Assembly: GCA_048013815.1 (NCBI GenBank) | Contig: CM106585.1 | Span: forward strand, 19,034,001-19,098,000 | DNA from: Setoptus koraiensis | Taxonomy: Eukaryota; Animalia; Arthropoda | Length of the DNA stretch: 64,000 nt | Direction of reading: 5' to 3' | In this document: positions 1-11,378 of the stretch, piece by piece | Layout of the letters: every line of letters starts with the position of its first letter | Position numbering within the stretch: the first letter of the stretch is position 1 | The notes under the pieces: generated by a model | The model's database searches: none | Told to the model about the DNA's origin: nothing | Seen by the model: only the letters and a program-made list of their open reading frames with translations | Translations under genes and position numbers: made by a program

Positions 1-1397
1 TGTTGTGACGTTCATTGCCTAGGTCAATAGTGGCATCTGTGTATCATCATCACTAATACAACATTCGAATGTACGCAAACTTCTTTGGGGCCCAGAAACA
101 AATATTGACTGCCATCGTTGTATTCGTGTGGCAGATTACATGACGTGGCCGTGAAACTATTGGGGAAAGAAACTATTTCCAATTATCGAATAGTGTCTGT
201 GGTAACTCGCAGCACGATGCATCGGACAACCATTCGGAGGTTGGCCTCAATTTTATTAGATCGGCCCTTTACACTCAGATACACTACCGGTAGTTGGTTC
301 CATCAGCCCCTTGCCAGATCGGTGGCTGCGAATCGCGTATCATATCTCATTCGAGCTCGCTGCTGCTGCTGCGAAGTATCGTTCGCTGTAGCCGGTCTAA
401 CCAGACACATTAGACAGCCAGCCATACAGGTGAGACATTAATTATTGCTACTATATTGATGTAAAAATATTGTTCCATCAATGCGATTCCGACAATATTT
501 TGCGTGTGCATTAAGGCACTCATTTCACTCAATTACGAACTGATTCACGACAACTCTCGGCAGCGCGCGCACACAATCTCTGGCAGGTTAACTAATCTAA
601 ACCAGTTTTTTCTTCTCAATTTAATACAAGCCCACTGTTTGCCTTCTTGTAAACATTCTGCCACCGACGCTATAACATACAGACCACGTTTGAGCTGGCA
701 GTTTTGTCGTCATTAGCGAGATCGAAGCGACTGTTGCTGTTATCGTTGTTGTTGTTGTTGGTGCTGTTGTTGTTGTTGTTGTTGTTGCCACTGTGGCGGA
801 ATATTTTCACTGATTAGTGAAATTCCAGTGAAATCAATATGCTCTGGCGTGAATATATCAAGCGGTGATGGCTCGAGAATGAAAACAAGTTTAAATTGTT
901 TCCATAGTCATGCGCACAGATTTATCATTTTCTACAACCTGCTACAACAATAACTAACCCCACCGACGATATTGAACTGGCGGCGACACCACGATCCCAA
1001 TCGTATACCCGTCTGAGCCACTTTGAGCTGGCGTAAATTGTGACTTGTCGATTGGCATGTTTAATTCGGTCGTCTTAACAACTTACCCGTGGCCCATGCT
1101 ACGACGATGTACACTAATTAAAGCTCTCCCAAATGAACCCTATTGAACATTGATCATGTGCAAAACGTTGCCGATTAGTCGGCGTCACTCCGTCTACTTC
1201 TGTCGACTGGCTTCTTCTTGGGGCTGTTGCGAAATTCTCGCACATCTTGTTGTTGGCAAGCCAGGCGCCGAGCTTGCCGAGTTTTTATTTCTCGGGCCGG
1301 CCAACTAACTTGTTGCTGGTGCTTGCAACTTGCAGTTGTTACTCTTTTTTTACTAGTTGACACTTACAGCCAGCAGCAAGCAACGTGCCGCCAACAA

Positions 1398-1466
1398 AAC
1401 ATTTCTGAAACATTTCCGCAACATTTCTGCAACATTTCTGAGACATTTCTGAGACATTTCTGAGAC
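1398..1466. repeat. 11-bp minisatellite (AACATTTCTGA-like, about 6 copies) upstream of the CRAL-TRIO gene
   Basis: aacatttctgaaacatttccgcaacatttctgcaacatttctgagacatttctgagacatttctgagac; it explains several spurious overlapping ORFs. Confidence 0.85.
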
Positions 1467-1571
1467 GCATCCGGACAGCGAAACATTGTTCGGAGAAAGA
1501 ATTTCGCCACGAAACTCCACTTGTGAGCTTGCTCATCGTCAGTGAAACTATTGATATCATCGGCGGCTAAC

Positions 1572-2577
1572 ATGGACAAAGATCACAGCAACGAGGAAGA
1601 ATATCGGCAACTCGTGAGAGAGTTGCGGGGCCTCTTCAAGGAGGAGTACAGCAACAACGAAGACATGTATCTCAGGCAAGACTACGATAAAATAATGGAC
1701 ACAGACAACGATTGGAATTGTGGCAGGTACCTCAATCATTTTTGCATGGACATGGACAGGGCTTTTGAGAAAATGAAAGAGACGCTGCGATGGCGCAAAG
1801 AAATTAAAATAAACGAGTTTAGCAGCAGTTGCTTTCCAAAAGAATTATGGTTATACAGTTCATTTTTCGCTTGCGGTCGCAGCAAGGACGATTGTGCGGT
1901 GATATATCTACTCAATTCTCAGTACAGAGTGATACCTGAACCACTGCGAACCATGTCCACAAATTTCTTTCTTTATTACGTGGAACAATTAGAGCGGGCC
2001 TATCCGTCCGGCGAGAAAATACACATTGTGTTCGACGAGAGCAACTCATCCCTTGCCCAGCTGGATCTGTCCACGGCCAAATGGCTGGTAAGTGCACATT
2101 AATTAATTAAATCGCAAATCAACCCTAATTAACATATTCATCATTATAATTAGCCCACTCAAAAATGATTAATTAATTGTTTAATCAATTACTCAGGTGA
2201 CAATCAGAGACTACTGGCCGGACAGGATCAAGTCGATCCTTGTGGTTGGCCTGCCATTTTTATTTCAGCCTGTCCTTCGCTTGATTATATCATGGCTGCC
2301 AAAGGAGTGGAGAAATATTCTCATTGTGGGCTCCATGAAACAATTGGTTCTGGACAAAATCGAGCGCGCAGAGTTGCCCTGGTTCCTGGGGGGCTCAATC
2401 GGGCCCGAGTGTAGACTGGCCCCGGCTGAGAGCAAATGGGCCTCGGAGATGGGCTTTTTCAAGGACAGTAAAAACATGGATTCTTTGTATGAGACTATTT
2501 GTTTCCATGCCAGCGAAGAAGACAAGGAACTCTTCAAGCAGTTGCAATCGGAACACGACTCAAAATCCATCAATTAA
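1572..2577 (+). CDS. CRAL-TRIO (Sec14-like) domain protein, MOSPD2-like but with no MSP domain; 2 exons (1572-2087, 2197-2577), 298 aa
   Basis: ATG at 1572. Phase-0 intron 2088-2196 (CTG|GTAAGT ... actcAG|GTG) joins ...LSTAKWL to VTIRDYWPDRIKSILVVGLPFLFQPVLRLIISWLP. Family-type motifs: W.CGRYLNHF..D.D.A...M..TL.WR, G..KD...VIY, IVFD.S.SSL...DL, YWP..I..ILV...P, LP.FLGG. Family assigned by motif recognition, not by search. Confidence 0.88.
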
Positions 2578-3422
2578 TTATTGAGTGTCTGGTGATGGAC
2601 AGAAATATACCCACAATACCGGGCCAGCTCATACAGCTTAATGCCCAACAAGTTCGCTAGTCAACGCTGTTTTTCAAGGTCAAGTTTTTCTCATACGAAT
2701 AGGCATCCAGTGATCACTAGAGATATTTCAAGATAACGGGGCGAGTTTTTCTAGCGTTCTATTGGTAGTTCAACTTGATTTATTACATTAAAAATAGATC
2801 TATAAACTATAGTCTCTAATACACGAAGTTCGCTCGTTTCTGTTGTCCGATTTGAATCTCCGAGCCTCCGAACTTTCGAATCTCCGAACTTTTGAATTTG
2901 CGAACTCTCGAATCTCCGAACCGACCCTTCCGAGCTGAATATATCATGATGCTATTAACTTGCTATCGCAACAGGTGTAGCAACATTTGAATACATTACA
3001 CGCGTCTAACTGTACCATACAATACAAGTGGCTTCGTTGTAGAAATGTTGCTGATGGTTGCGTGCCATCGTGATATATGGGCCAGCTGAAAGCAGCACCG
3101 GCAACAATATAACAGAATTACAGTTAACATGATATTTACATAAATACAATACATTATGAGACTCATGAGCTCATGAGTGATGCTTTATGGTTTATGTACA
3201 GTATGATTGACAAGAAATTTCTCGTATGATTAATGTAGTTGGTTGATAGTAGTCGGATATTCACATACAAAAACAAGAATATTCACTCGTTGAACAATTT
3301 TGACAAATTGTCTCGCAATTACAACAAGCCAGACAACGGCAGCCTGTCGATGGCTGACTAAGATGGACAGGGTAATGGTGGGCTTCGTGCGTGTCAGGCG
3401 TGTGTCCGGTGTCGACGAATGG

Positions 3423-6020
3423 CTAATTGGGCGACAGGGGATAATTGAGATAATCGGGCATAATTGGCAGCACGATCAGCGCTGACATGACGACAGACAT
3501 CAAGACCAATGTTGTGGCGCCCGCTTGTCCAGTTAGGTAATGAGACGACGCCGACGATGCCGGCGAAGAGGCCGACGGCGAGCTAGTGGGCACGGAGCTG
3601 CCCTCGTTGGCAGACTGGCGGTAATTCCATGATCTAGTGTGAGTTCTGGCCGTTTGTGACGCTTTTGAGCCTCTCGCTTGATTAGTGGTACTGAAAATTT
3701 CTGGTTCGGAGCCTGTCTGTGAGATGTCGCCACCGGTTATTTCTATTGGAGAAGTACCACGATGATTGGTGTAATCGTCGCCACTTGATATTTGTTGTTG
3801 TTGTTGATTTTTAATTGCGTCCGACTGGCTAATCTCATGCAATCGCACTATGTCAGATTGTATGCCCAATTGATTTTTTGCCATGCACCTATACAGGCCA
3901 TAATCGCTTTTTTGAATGTTGCGTATGGTCAATTTCATTTGTGACTTATTGTTTGGAAGCGTTTGCTTCATCATAATATTGTATTTATCACCATTAATCA
4001 ATTCTTCGTTTGTGTGCGCGCCAAACGAACCCAAATCCGCCGCCTGATGCTGATGATGCTGACTAGCTAAATTGAAATTGTTGTCACTGTTGCCTGTTGT
4101 TGTACCTGTGACCAACGGGCCGTCTAAAAATCTCGGATTGCTGGCGCCCTCGCCGCTGCCCGCCACATAGGTCCAATAATTTGTTGATTGCGGGTTCGAT
4201 TCTATGTTACAGGTGAGCGTGGCGTCGTGACCCAAGGCGGCGCCCACATCCGTTTGTGGCAATCCTATGACGGGCACAAATTGTACATCTAGCACTATTC
4301 GTCTGCTAGTGGACGGTGGCACTCCATTGGAAGCTATGCAAAGGTACGCGCCGGCGTGCAATCGCGTCACTCTGGCCAAATTGAGCGACGGGCCCTCGAT
4401 TTTGGCGGCTGCTCGGCGATTGCGGGCGTTGGAATTGACGTGAGCGATCACGATTCGCGAGTCATTCAGATCGTTCGAACCAGCGCCCAATTGCGAATCG
4501 CGGCGAACAACAGTCAGTTTGTCGGAAAATACACAAAATTGTGACATTTTGACCGGTTAGTGGCGTGTGCTTTACACGAAATTAGCATCGAGTGTTCGGC
4601 AATTTACGACATGCAGCGGCGATAAACTCACCTTCGGTGGCACCCTTGAAATTAGAGTCGTGCATTCCATTCAAGATGATCATTTCGTTGTCTTCCCTTC
4701 TCCAGGATATGCTCTGAGTATGCGTGCATTATGCACAAAATTGATCGGAATAGAACGGAGGATTTGTGAGAATTTGATGAACAATCGACGACCAACGTGC
4801 AGATACAGACGTGGACATACGCAGCAAATACAAGTTAGTACAAATGTAAGATTCGGGGCTCAATACGACGGACACATCGGCCCAATATTGAGGCCCGCGA
4901 ATCTACGCTCCATCGCACGCTACTTACGGGCGTCGGATATCCGTTGGCCTTGCAAGACAGCGTCACATTGGAACCCTCCGATTCGACAACGTCCGAATTG
5001 GACTGAGTCTCGTCGAAACTGGGCGCTGTCAGCACGTCCAGGTAACCAATCGAGTATTTCATAGGATTTGTGTTAATCTGACACATGTAGCCTGTGAGGT
5101 GTTTGGAATTTGCAATAGGAAATTTTCGTGTTAGATAACGCGCATATTGTTGGCAATATATGAGAGATTGTGATAACTGATGACAATTATTGCTACTCAC
5201 CTCCCTGAATTTGCGGCGACATAAACCAGTCATTTGTTGTTGCATTGTGTTTGCAATGCGCGATACGTGAAAGATGATTGAATAGAATGAGAGTGAGTTT
5301 TCGAGAGCACGACAGTGACAAACATGACAATTTTCCGCCACTGAAAGTCTTTCGATAATAGAGCCCGTTAACTCAATTACAGCTCGAGTCAGCTCAGCCG
5401 ATACCGATTGTCAGTCAACTGTCACGCACACTGGCCGCCATTAAACGGCCAATTGGCCCAAACAAACCAATCAACAATTGTTTGCTTACCCTATCAGATG
5501 GTTGGACATTCTTTATGTTCAGTATAAAGTTTTTATCATCATTGTTTACAAGGCTGATACGATAATTTCTGGTGATTACGTTGTTGTGTATTGTCAATAT
5601 TCCTTTATCTTCCACCCTCAGCCATGCAGTCTGCCGATGATCAGATAGTCCGATGGTCAGATGGTCAGATAGTTAATTAGATAGTCGGATAGTTAATTAG
5701 AAAGTCGGATAGTTAATTAGAGTGTCGGATAGTTAGATAGTCAGCCGGCATGGGTTCACGATTGCGAAAATCGCGTCACATCATCAACAATTAGCATGTT
5801 GTGCAACGAGTTGCGACGATCATCCGTTTACATGCGGATGGTCGCTCGTGATTACAACTGCACAATTGTCGTCGTTTACTCACTTTGTTTGTGCCAAGGT
5901 TGTTGATTTTGCAAGATAACTGAACATCACGACCAGCGGCAATTGTGTAATTTCCTATGGGCTCCGCGAAATCCGGTTGATTGTCCGGTTCCAATTTCAA
6001 ATCTAAACTTTTGATGGATC
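3423..6020 (-). CDS. Three-Ig-domain cell-surface protein of the Lachesin / Dpr-interacting protein (DIP, IgLON-like) family with a hydrophobic GPI/TM-type C-terminus; N-terminal signal exon unresolved
   Basis: Exons (minus): 6002 or 6020-5884 (EPDNQPDFAEPIGNYTIAAGRDVQLSCKINNLGTNK|GTGAGT); 5630-5490 (TAWLRVEDKGILTIHNNVITRNYRISL...NVQPSDR|GTAAGC); 5204-5201 micro-exon; 5091-4928 (YMCQINTNPM...VTLSCKANGYPTP|GTAAGT); 4713-4632 (SISWRREDN...GATE|GTGAGT); 4408-3423 (GAYLCIASNGVPPSTSRRIVLDVQFVPVI...LTCNIESNP...YGLYRCMAKNQLG, Ser/Thr linker, hydrophobic tail). All intron phases are consistent. Confidence 0.9.
5201..5204 (-). other. 4-nt coding micro-exon (GGAG) of the DIP/Lachesin-like gene
   Basis: Minus strand reads attcAG|GGAG|GTGAGT. 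It bridges a phase-0 donor (5489) and a phase-1 acceptor (5091), giving D-R-G-G-Y-M-C-Q. Confidence 0.8.
5645..5745. repeat. Intronic degenerate tandem repeat (GATAGTTAATTAGA.AGTCG units)
   Basis: gatagttaattagatagtcggatagttaattagaaagtcggatagttaattagagtgtcggatagttag. Confidence 0.7.
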
Positions 6021-7292
6021 CTGAGCATTGAGCGATTCGATTTGAGTGAGAGCACAGAGCGAGAATAAATGAATTATGATCTGGGCGTCACACAATAATA
6101 CATGGATACATATTGTCGTCCCGAGTGATTGCATATATTGTTTTCGGGCCAGGTCAAGAGAAGTTTTGGCTAGACAACAAAAAGACGTCAGCCGAAAAGC
6201 GGGGCATTTTCGAGAAAGTGCGAGAAGTTCCGCGCGAAAGTTCCGCGCGGATATCGTGTTGCTTGATATCGCGTTGCTCGCATATATCCAGCAGCGCGAT
6301 ACCTGGCTCGCCTCAATGCACACGAATGTGGCAGATAATTTAGATCTTTTTCTCTGTCTCTCGTCAGCGTCAGCCACCGATTCTAATGATCGAGTTCGGT
6401 GTGTCGTGTGTGCGCATTGTGTCGACGAAATGCGTATCGCAAAATGTTTGCGAGATGCATTTCAATTGCAACAATTTGCAGCGTTAGCATCATTTGTTGT
6501 TGAGAGCAATTGATATGGCCGAAGCGACTTTTTGCAGACAAACGCTTGCAGCGGCAACCTTGGACACGGCTCGAGAAAATCACTGACCACTTGAGTGTAG
6601 ACAAGTTTGCAATTTGAGTAATCACTTTGGAACACTTTCGTTCATTTTTGCTGTGGCTGCTGCTGCTGTTGCTGCAAGTGGCGCCTAAATAAAAACAAAT
6701 GTAAGTAAATACAAATGGCAAAAGGCAAAAGGCGATTCGCAATTTACAAATGGCATAAGAGAAGGAGAAAGTGGCTTGCATCATTATCATAATCAGCTTG
6801 ATGAATGATAACGATCATTAAGAGCAGTCATCAGGCAATAGAACAAGGAAAACAACGAGACGTTTGATGAGATGTGTTTGTTTCTCTCTGTGTGTTGCAG
6901 CAAATGCAAATTTGTGTTTGAACACCGGCAGACACAAATTTGTGTTCAGTTCACGGACACCGCTGGACGCTGGTCATGCGGCCGTGTGATGCGGCTGTAG
7001 AGGTGAGGTCAAATTAACTTTTCCCGATGGCACGATGAGCGAGAGTGTGAGCGTATGCGAAAGGAAAAGGAAAGGAAAAGTTGCGCTCACTCATGAGTTG
7101 ACCACTAGGTTTTACCCGGTGGACCTTGAACTTTCATTAGTGAGTGAGAGCTTGTTTTGGAGGCTTCGTCTCGTTTGTTGGTCGTCGGATTTGGCGTGGA
7201 TTGGCGGCGCGAGGGTCGCGCCAATGGCTGATTTTGCTGAAAAGTTTTTTCGTTTCATTTCGTTTCATTCTCCAGCCGGTCAGTTGGTTGGC

Positions 7293-7328
7293 CAGTGTGG
7301 CCAGTGTGGCCAGTGTGGCCAGTGTGGC
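7293..7328. repeat. 9-bp tandem repeat (GCCAGTGTG x4)
   Basis: Read directly from the sequence. Confidence 0.8.
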
Positions 7329-7665
7329 GCGGCTGCAGCCCAATTCGGCCAAGCTGAACTCGCACAGCCGAACAGGTCACATCATCATTTGGGTGGACAA
7401 ACGAATCAGCAGCAACAAGCGCTAATGGCATGCTAATAACGTATGTAGATCATGGTCGAATCGACAGCACGCTGCCCACTAACAAACAAGCAAGCAGCTC
7501 ACTTGTGCGTACCGCGGCCATCAATACTGACCGGCCGCCACCGGGCCGAGTTTTGTTGTTGAGTCAATCTATTAATAATACAACAGCAACAATTAATTGT
7601 ACAAATGTATAAATTCAGCAGCACACTGTGCGAGACAGGTGAGCGCCGCAGCGAGCAGGTGAGCA

Positions 7666-7733
7666 TACTGTACAGGTAAGCAGACTGTACAGGTAAGCAG
7701 ACTGTACAGGTGAGCAGACTGTACAGGTAAGCA
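7666..7733. repeat. 17-bp minisatellite (ACTGTACAGGT[A/G]AGCAG x4)
   Basis: Read directly; each unit contains CAG|GTRAGC. Confidence 0.85.
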
Positions 7734-10239
7734 CGCGCGTCGCGAGATTTGATCGCCGTCGATTGAGTTGTCCGGCAACTTGCGCAAATCTCTCACAAAT
7801 CTGTTTGTTTGTCATGCTGCACTTGTACACTTGCGCCGGTAACTGCTTCGGACGGCGACACAATCTGATCGAGATCAGATATCGGCCGGCTATCAGGCGA
7901 GCCCATCTGATGGTTGCGCCAAACGATGAGTTAACCTTAACTAGAGTTTGAGTATTAATGAGTGGCCGCGATAACCGCGAGCCTCTCATCAGTGCCTCAA
8001 GTGACACACTGATACCGTCGTGTATACACAGCCCAGGTAAATCATGGCGCTCATTGGCGGCGATCATTATCGCGGCGGCGCGACCGTCGCTCGAGTCAGT
8101 TGTTTGACTGTAATTAGTTTAAGTGTTTCGCAGCAGCAACAATTTTCGCCCGCTGCCCTCTGTCCGACTGACCACTGGCCGGCAAAAATTGAGCAGTCAG
8201 TCGGACGCTGTCAGACTGCTCAATTTTCCAATCGACAAGTCGCGTCGTCGGACAAGTCTTGCCACGACGAGGCTCGTCGTCGGACGAGACGAGTTTTTCT
8301 AATTCGCGCGTGATTGCGAAAACAAAATCGCTCCATTTCGGCCCGAATTCGCCCACAATCGCCGAAATTCGCCCACAATCTCCGAAATTCGCCGACAATC
8401 TCCGAAATTCGCAGTCCGAATGTGTCCTGCAATTCTGCCGCATGCAATGTGCGCCACCGAAATGCGGCCGACGCTGCATGTCGCAAGGCGCGACACGATG
8501 CAAAACAATATCTGTGCAACATTGTCCTTATTTATACTTTTTCTATTTTGGGGCGCAAATATTTTCCATCGTCGCTCGGTTTTGTTTTTCTTTTCGTGGC
8601 TTCGTTGTGGCAGGCACCGAACGGCGCCCGAAACAGATTGCAGCCAGCGATAGCGACACACAAAAACAGACAGATATCGTTTTTGCAACTGCAACGTTTT
8701 TGCAAATGCGAATCAACCTTCGATCGATCTAATAATAATTGTGTATCGTTGCCATATTGGAAAATATGTGTGTGTGCCGAAAAACAAACAATCAATTAGG
8801 TAATCGCGCCATCGAGGAAGGAAAAAACTCGCCCTCTCCTGTAACTCTTTTTACCGACAGCACTATTGCGAAATGTCGCTTAACAGCACTTTACAGCTGA
8901 CATGCATACACGTTTATAATGAAACTATCACAAATTTGTCGCCAATGTCCGCTGCTAGCGATAAAAAATTTCTCTACAAAACCTGTCCTGTCATATCTCA
9001 TGTAATTGTTACGCCAATGTTGTTGCAGTATTCATGGCCGCGCACCGCAACAGCTTTGCACGGCCGAGATAATTGTGAGTTGGCCTGTCCGTTTCTATAG
9101 TTCGTGTGTATATTTCGAGTGCATGTTTCGTGTGTATATTTCGAGTGCATGTTTCGTGTGTATTTCGGTACATTTCGTGTATTTCGGGCGAGCTAATTCT
9201 GTTCGAATGCGAAATTATTAGCCGCCAGTTTAAGCACATTGTGTGATAATTAGTGAGTGGTGCAAAAATCAATGACACGACAGCGTAGTGTCGATTGTTT
9301 TTTTCGTGTCTGCCTGCACATGTCACACTGGTTGTGCGATACTGGGCCAAATGTCAAAATTTCGAAGATGACGCGGATCTAAGCGGACAGAAAAAACCCA
9401 TTGCCACCGACAATGCGAACAACGCGCCAGCGACAATTATTCCAGTTGATAGTTATTTATGGCCACTTGATTGTCATCGGCAAGTGTGGGCACAAGCGGT
9501 CGTTACACAATCTCCGCATAGCCGGTGCCTTACCTGTGCCAGCCCGAAAGGCACCGGCTTTGCAGTGATTGTGTGGCGAGCTTTTGGTCACACGGCAACG
9601 ATGTTCTCAGTGTGTGTGTGTGTTCGAAAATCGAAGTAGACGTAGCAGCGTTTCGAGATAATGGAGGAAAAGAGCAAAAAAGTATCGGGCAACTTAATTT
9701 ATCAGCTCGCCGCAATCAGCGTCGACCAACGAAATGGACAGCGAGCGAGCGAGCGAAAGTGGCGCCGATTAAAACCTAGTTACTATTTATGTGGTTGCTG
9801 CTATTAGGCGCCGGCCAGCTAGTTGTGCCGGCTCGATGTTGGCCTTAGCAGCTTGCAGCAGGTCAGCTTACCAGGTAAACTGGCCAGCTAACCAACTCCA
9901 CATCCTCCCCCGCTTTCTGTGTGTGTGTGTGTGTGTTGGCGCTCAATGTAGCCTAGCTGTGATGAATTTGCATAAATGCATTCCCCTGGCTGTATGACTG
10001 TTTGTTTGTGCTTGCAAGTGCTAGTATTTATATTATATGCATATTATGTATCATTATGTGGCACCACTCCCTCCCACCTGTTCTGCTGCGGCGCTGCAGC
10101 GAGCTTGCTTGTGCCTATGTTTGTCTTGTGGTGTTCAAGTTCAACCACTCTCTCTCTCCCCTCATTATGAGCAACAAAAGTTGCCAAATGCCACTGTCCA
10201 GGCCACTGCCAGCTGAGAGCTGGTCAGTTTATTTCGAGA

Positions 10240-10247
10240 TATAAAAG
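10240..10247 (+). promoter_or_regulatory. TATA box of the Lys/Val/Pro-rich protein gene
   Basis: TATAAAAG about 240 nt upstream of ATG 10482, followed by a CAA/CAG-rich leader. Confidence 0.6.
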
Positions 10248-10481
10248 CTTGACGATCTTCTCAAATCTGCACCACTTCATTACTATCGACACAACCAACA
10301 GCAACAGCAACAGCAACAACAACAACAGCAACTGCAACTGCAACCAACAGCCACCCAACAACACACACAGTCGCGCACAGTCTCGCCAGCTCAACTCAAC
10401 CACAACTAACTAGCCAACTAATTAGCCAATTAGCTAACCAATTAACTGACCAATAGGCAAACAACACAGGCAACAGCAACC

Positions 10482-11378
10482 ATGAGGCCAACGGTAAATA
10501 TAAACGACGTTATGCGCAAGATGAGGCCAATTTGTCGGTGACAGCGCCGAGTGGCCAAGTGCACGCATGCAAGCCGCCGAACACTGCGACCAGCTGATTC
10601 GATGCCATCATTCATAATAACCCGATTTTCCCAATTTTCGATTTTCCCAATTTCCGATTTTGCGAATTTCCGATTTTCCGATTTTCCGATTTTCCGATTT
10701 TCCGAATTTCCGAATTTCCGAATTTCCGAATTTCCAATTTTCTCCCCCTCTCTTTGGGCAACATCAATTGTTGTTGTGTCACCGCCATGTGTCGCTCAAT
10801 GGTCTCAATCATCAGCTACAATCGCTCGTGCTTATATCCGGCGTGGCTGCATCACTAATCATTGTGATGGTCGTCAGCATGAATTCAGTCAGCGCCGGGG
10901 AACATTACCCCAAGAAGGTGCACATTGTTCATGTGCCAAAGCCGGTGTACATCAAGAAGCCAGTTCCATACAAAGTAATCAAGAAGGTGCCCGTCATCAA
11001 GACTGTTCCGGTCTATGTGCCCAAGCCTGTTTTCATAAAGAAAATCAAGAAGGTGCCCGTAATCAAGAAGGTGCACGTTGTGCACAAGGTGAAGGTTCCC
11101 GTAATAAAGAAAGTCAAGGTGCCCGTGCCCGTCATCAAGAAGAAGATCAAGGTGAGTACAATGTCCCACTGACATATTGCCCAATTGGCAGTTATTGCAA
11201 ATCTGCGCGCGATTGTTGATATTAATAATCGATTATCATTAATCATTTCGCTCTATGTCGTTTATCATCGCGTTTGCCCTGGCGCGATAAATGCCAACAA
11301 ATCGCACAACAATTCGCAAAACGACAGGTTGTCAAGGTGCCCGTTTTCATAAAGAAGGAAAAGAAGCATTATTACTAA
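10482..11378 (+). CDS. Secreted Lys/Val/Pro-repeat protein (VPVIKK repeats), 3 exons (10482-10493, 10816-11151, 11328-11378), 132 aa; probably a cuticular or extracellular structural protein
   Basis: MRPT|GTAAAT ... atcatcAG|LQSLVLISGVAASLIIVMVVSMNSVSA (signal-like), then GEHYPKKVHIVHVPKPVYIKKPVPYKVIKKVPV...KKKIK|GTGAGT ... gacAG|VVKVPVFIKKEKKHYY*. Both introns are phase 0 and the last exon continues the same repeat. Confidence 0.8.
10620..10740. repeat. Intronic 8-9-bp degenerate tandem array (CCGATTTT / CCGAATTT)
   Basis: ccgattttccgattttccgatttttccgattttccgaatttccgaatttccgaatttccgaatttcc. Confidence 0.8.

Noticed and set aside
1-441. ORF 118-441 ending at a CAG|GTGAGA donor-like site
   Set aside because: No ATG, no recognisable domain and no partner exon within the window.
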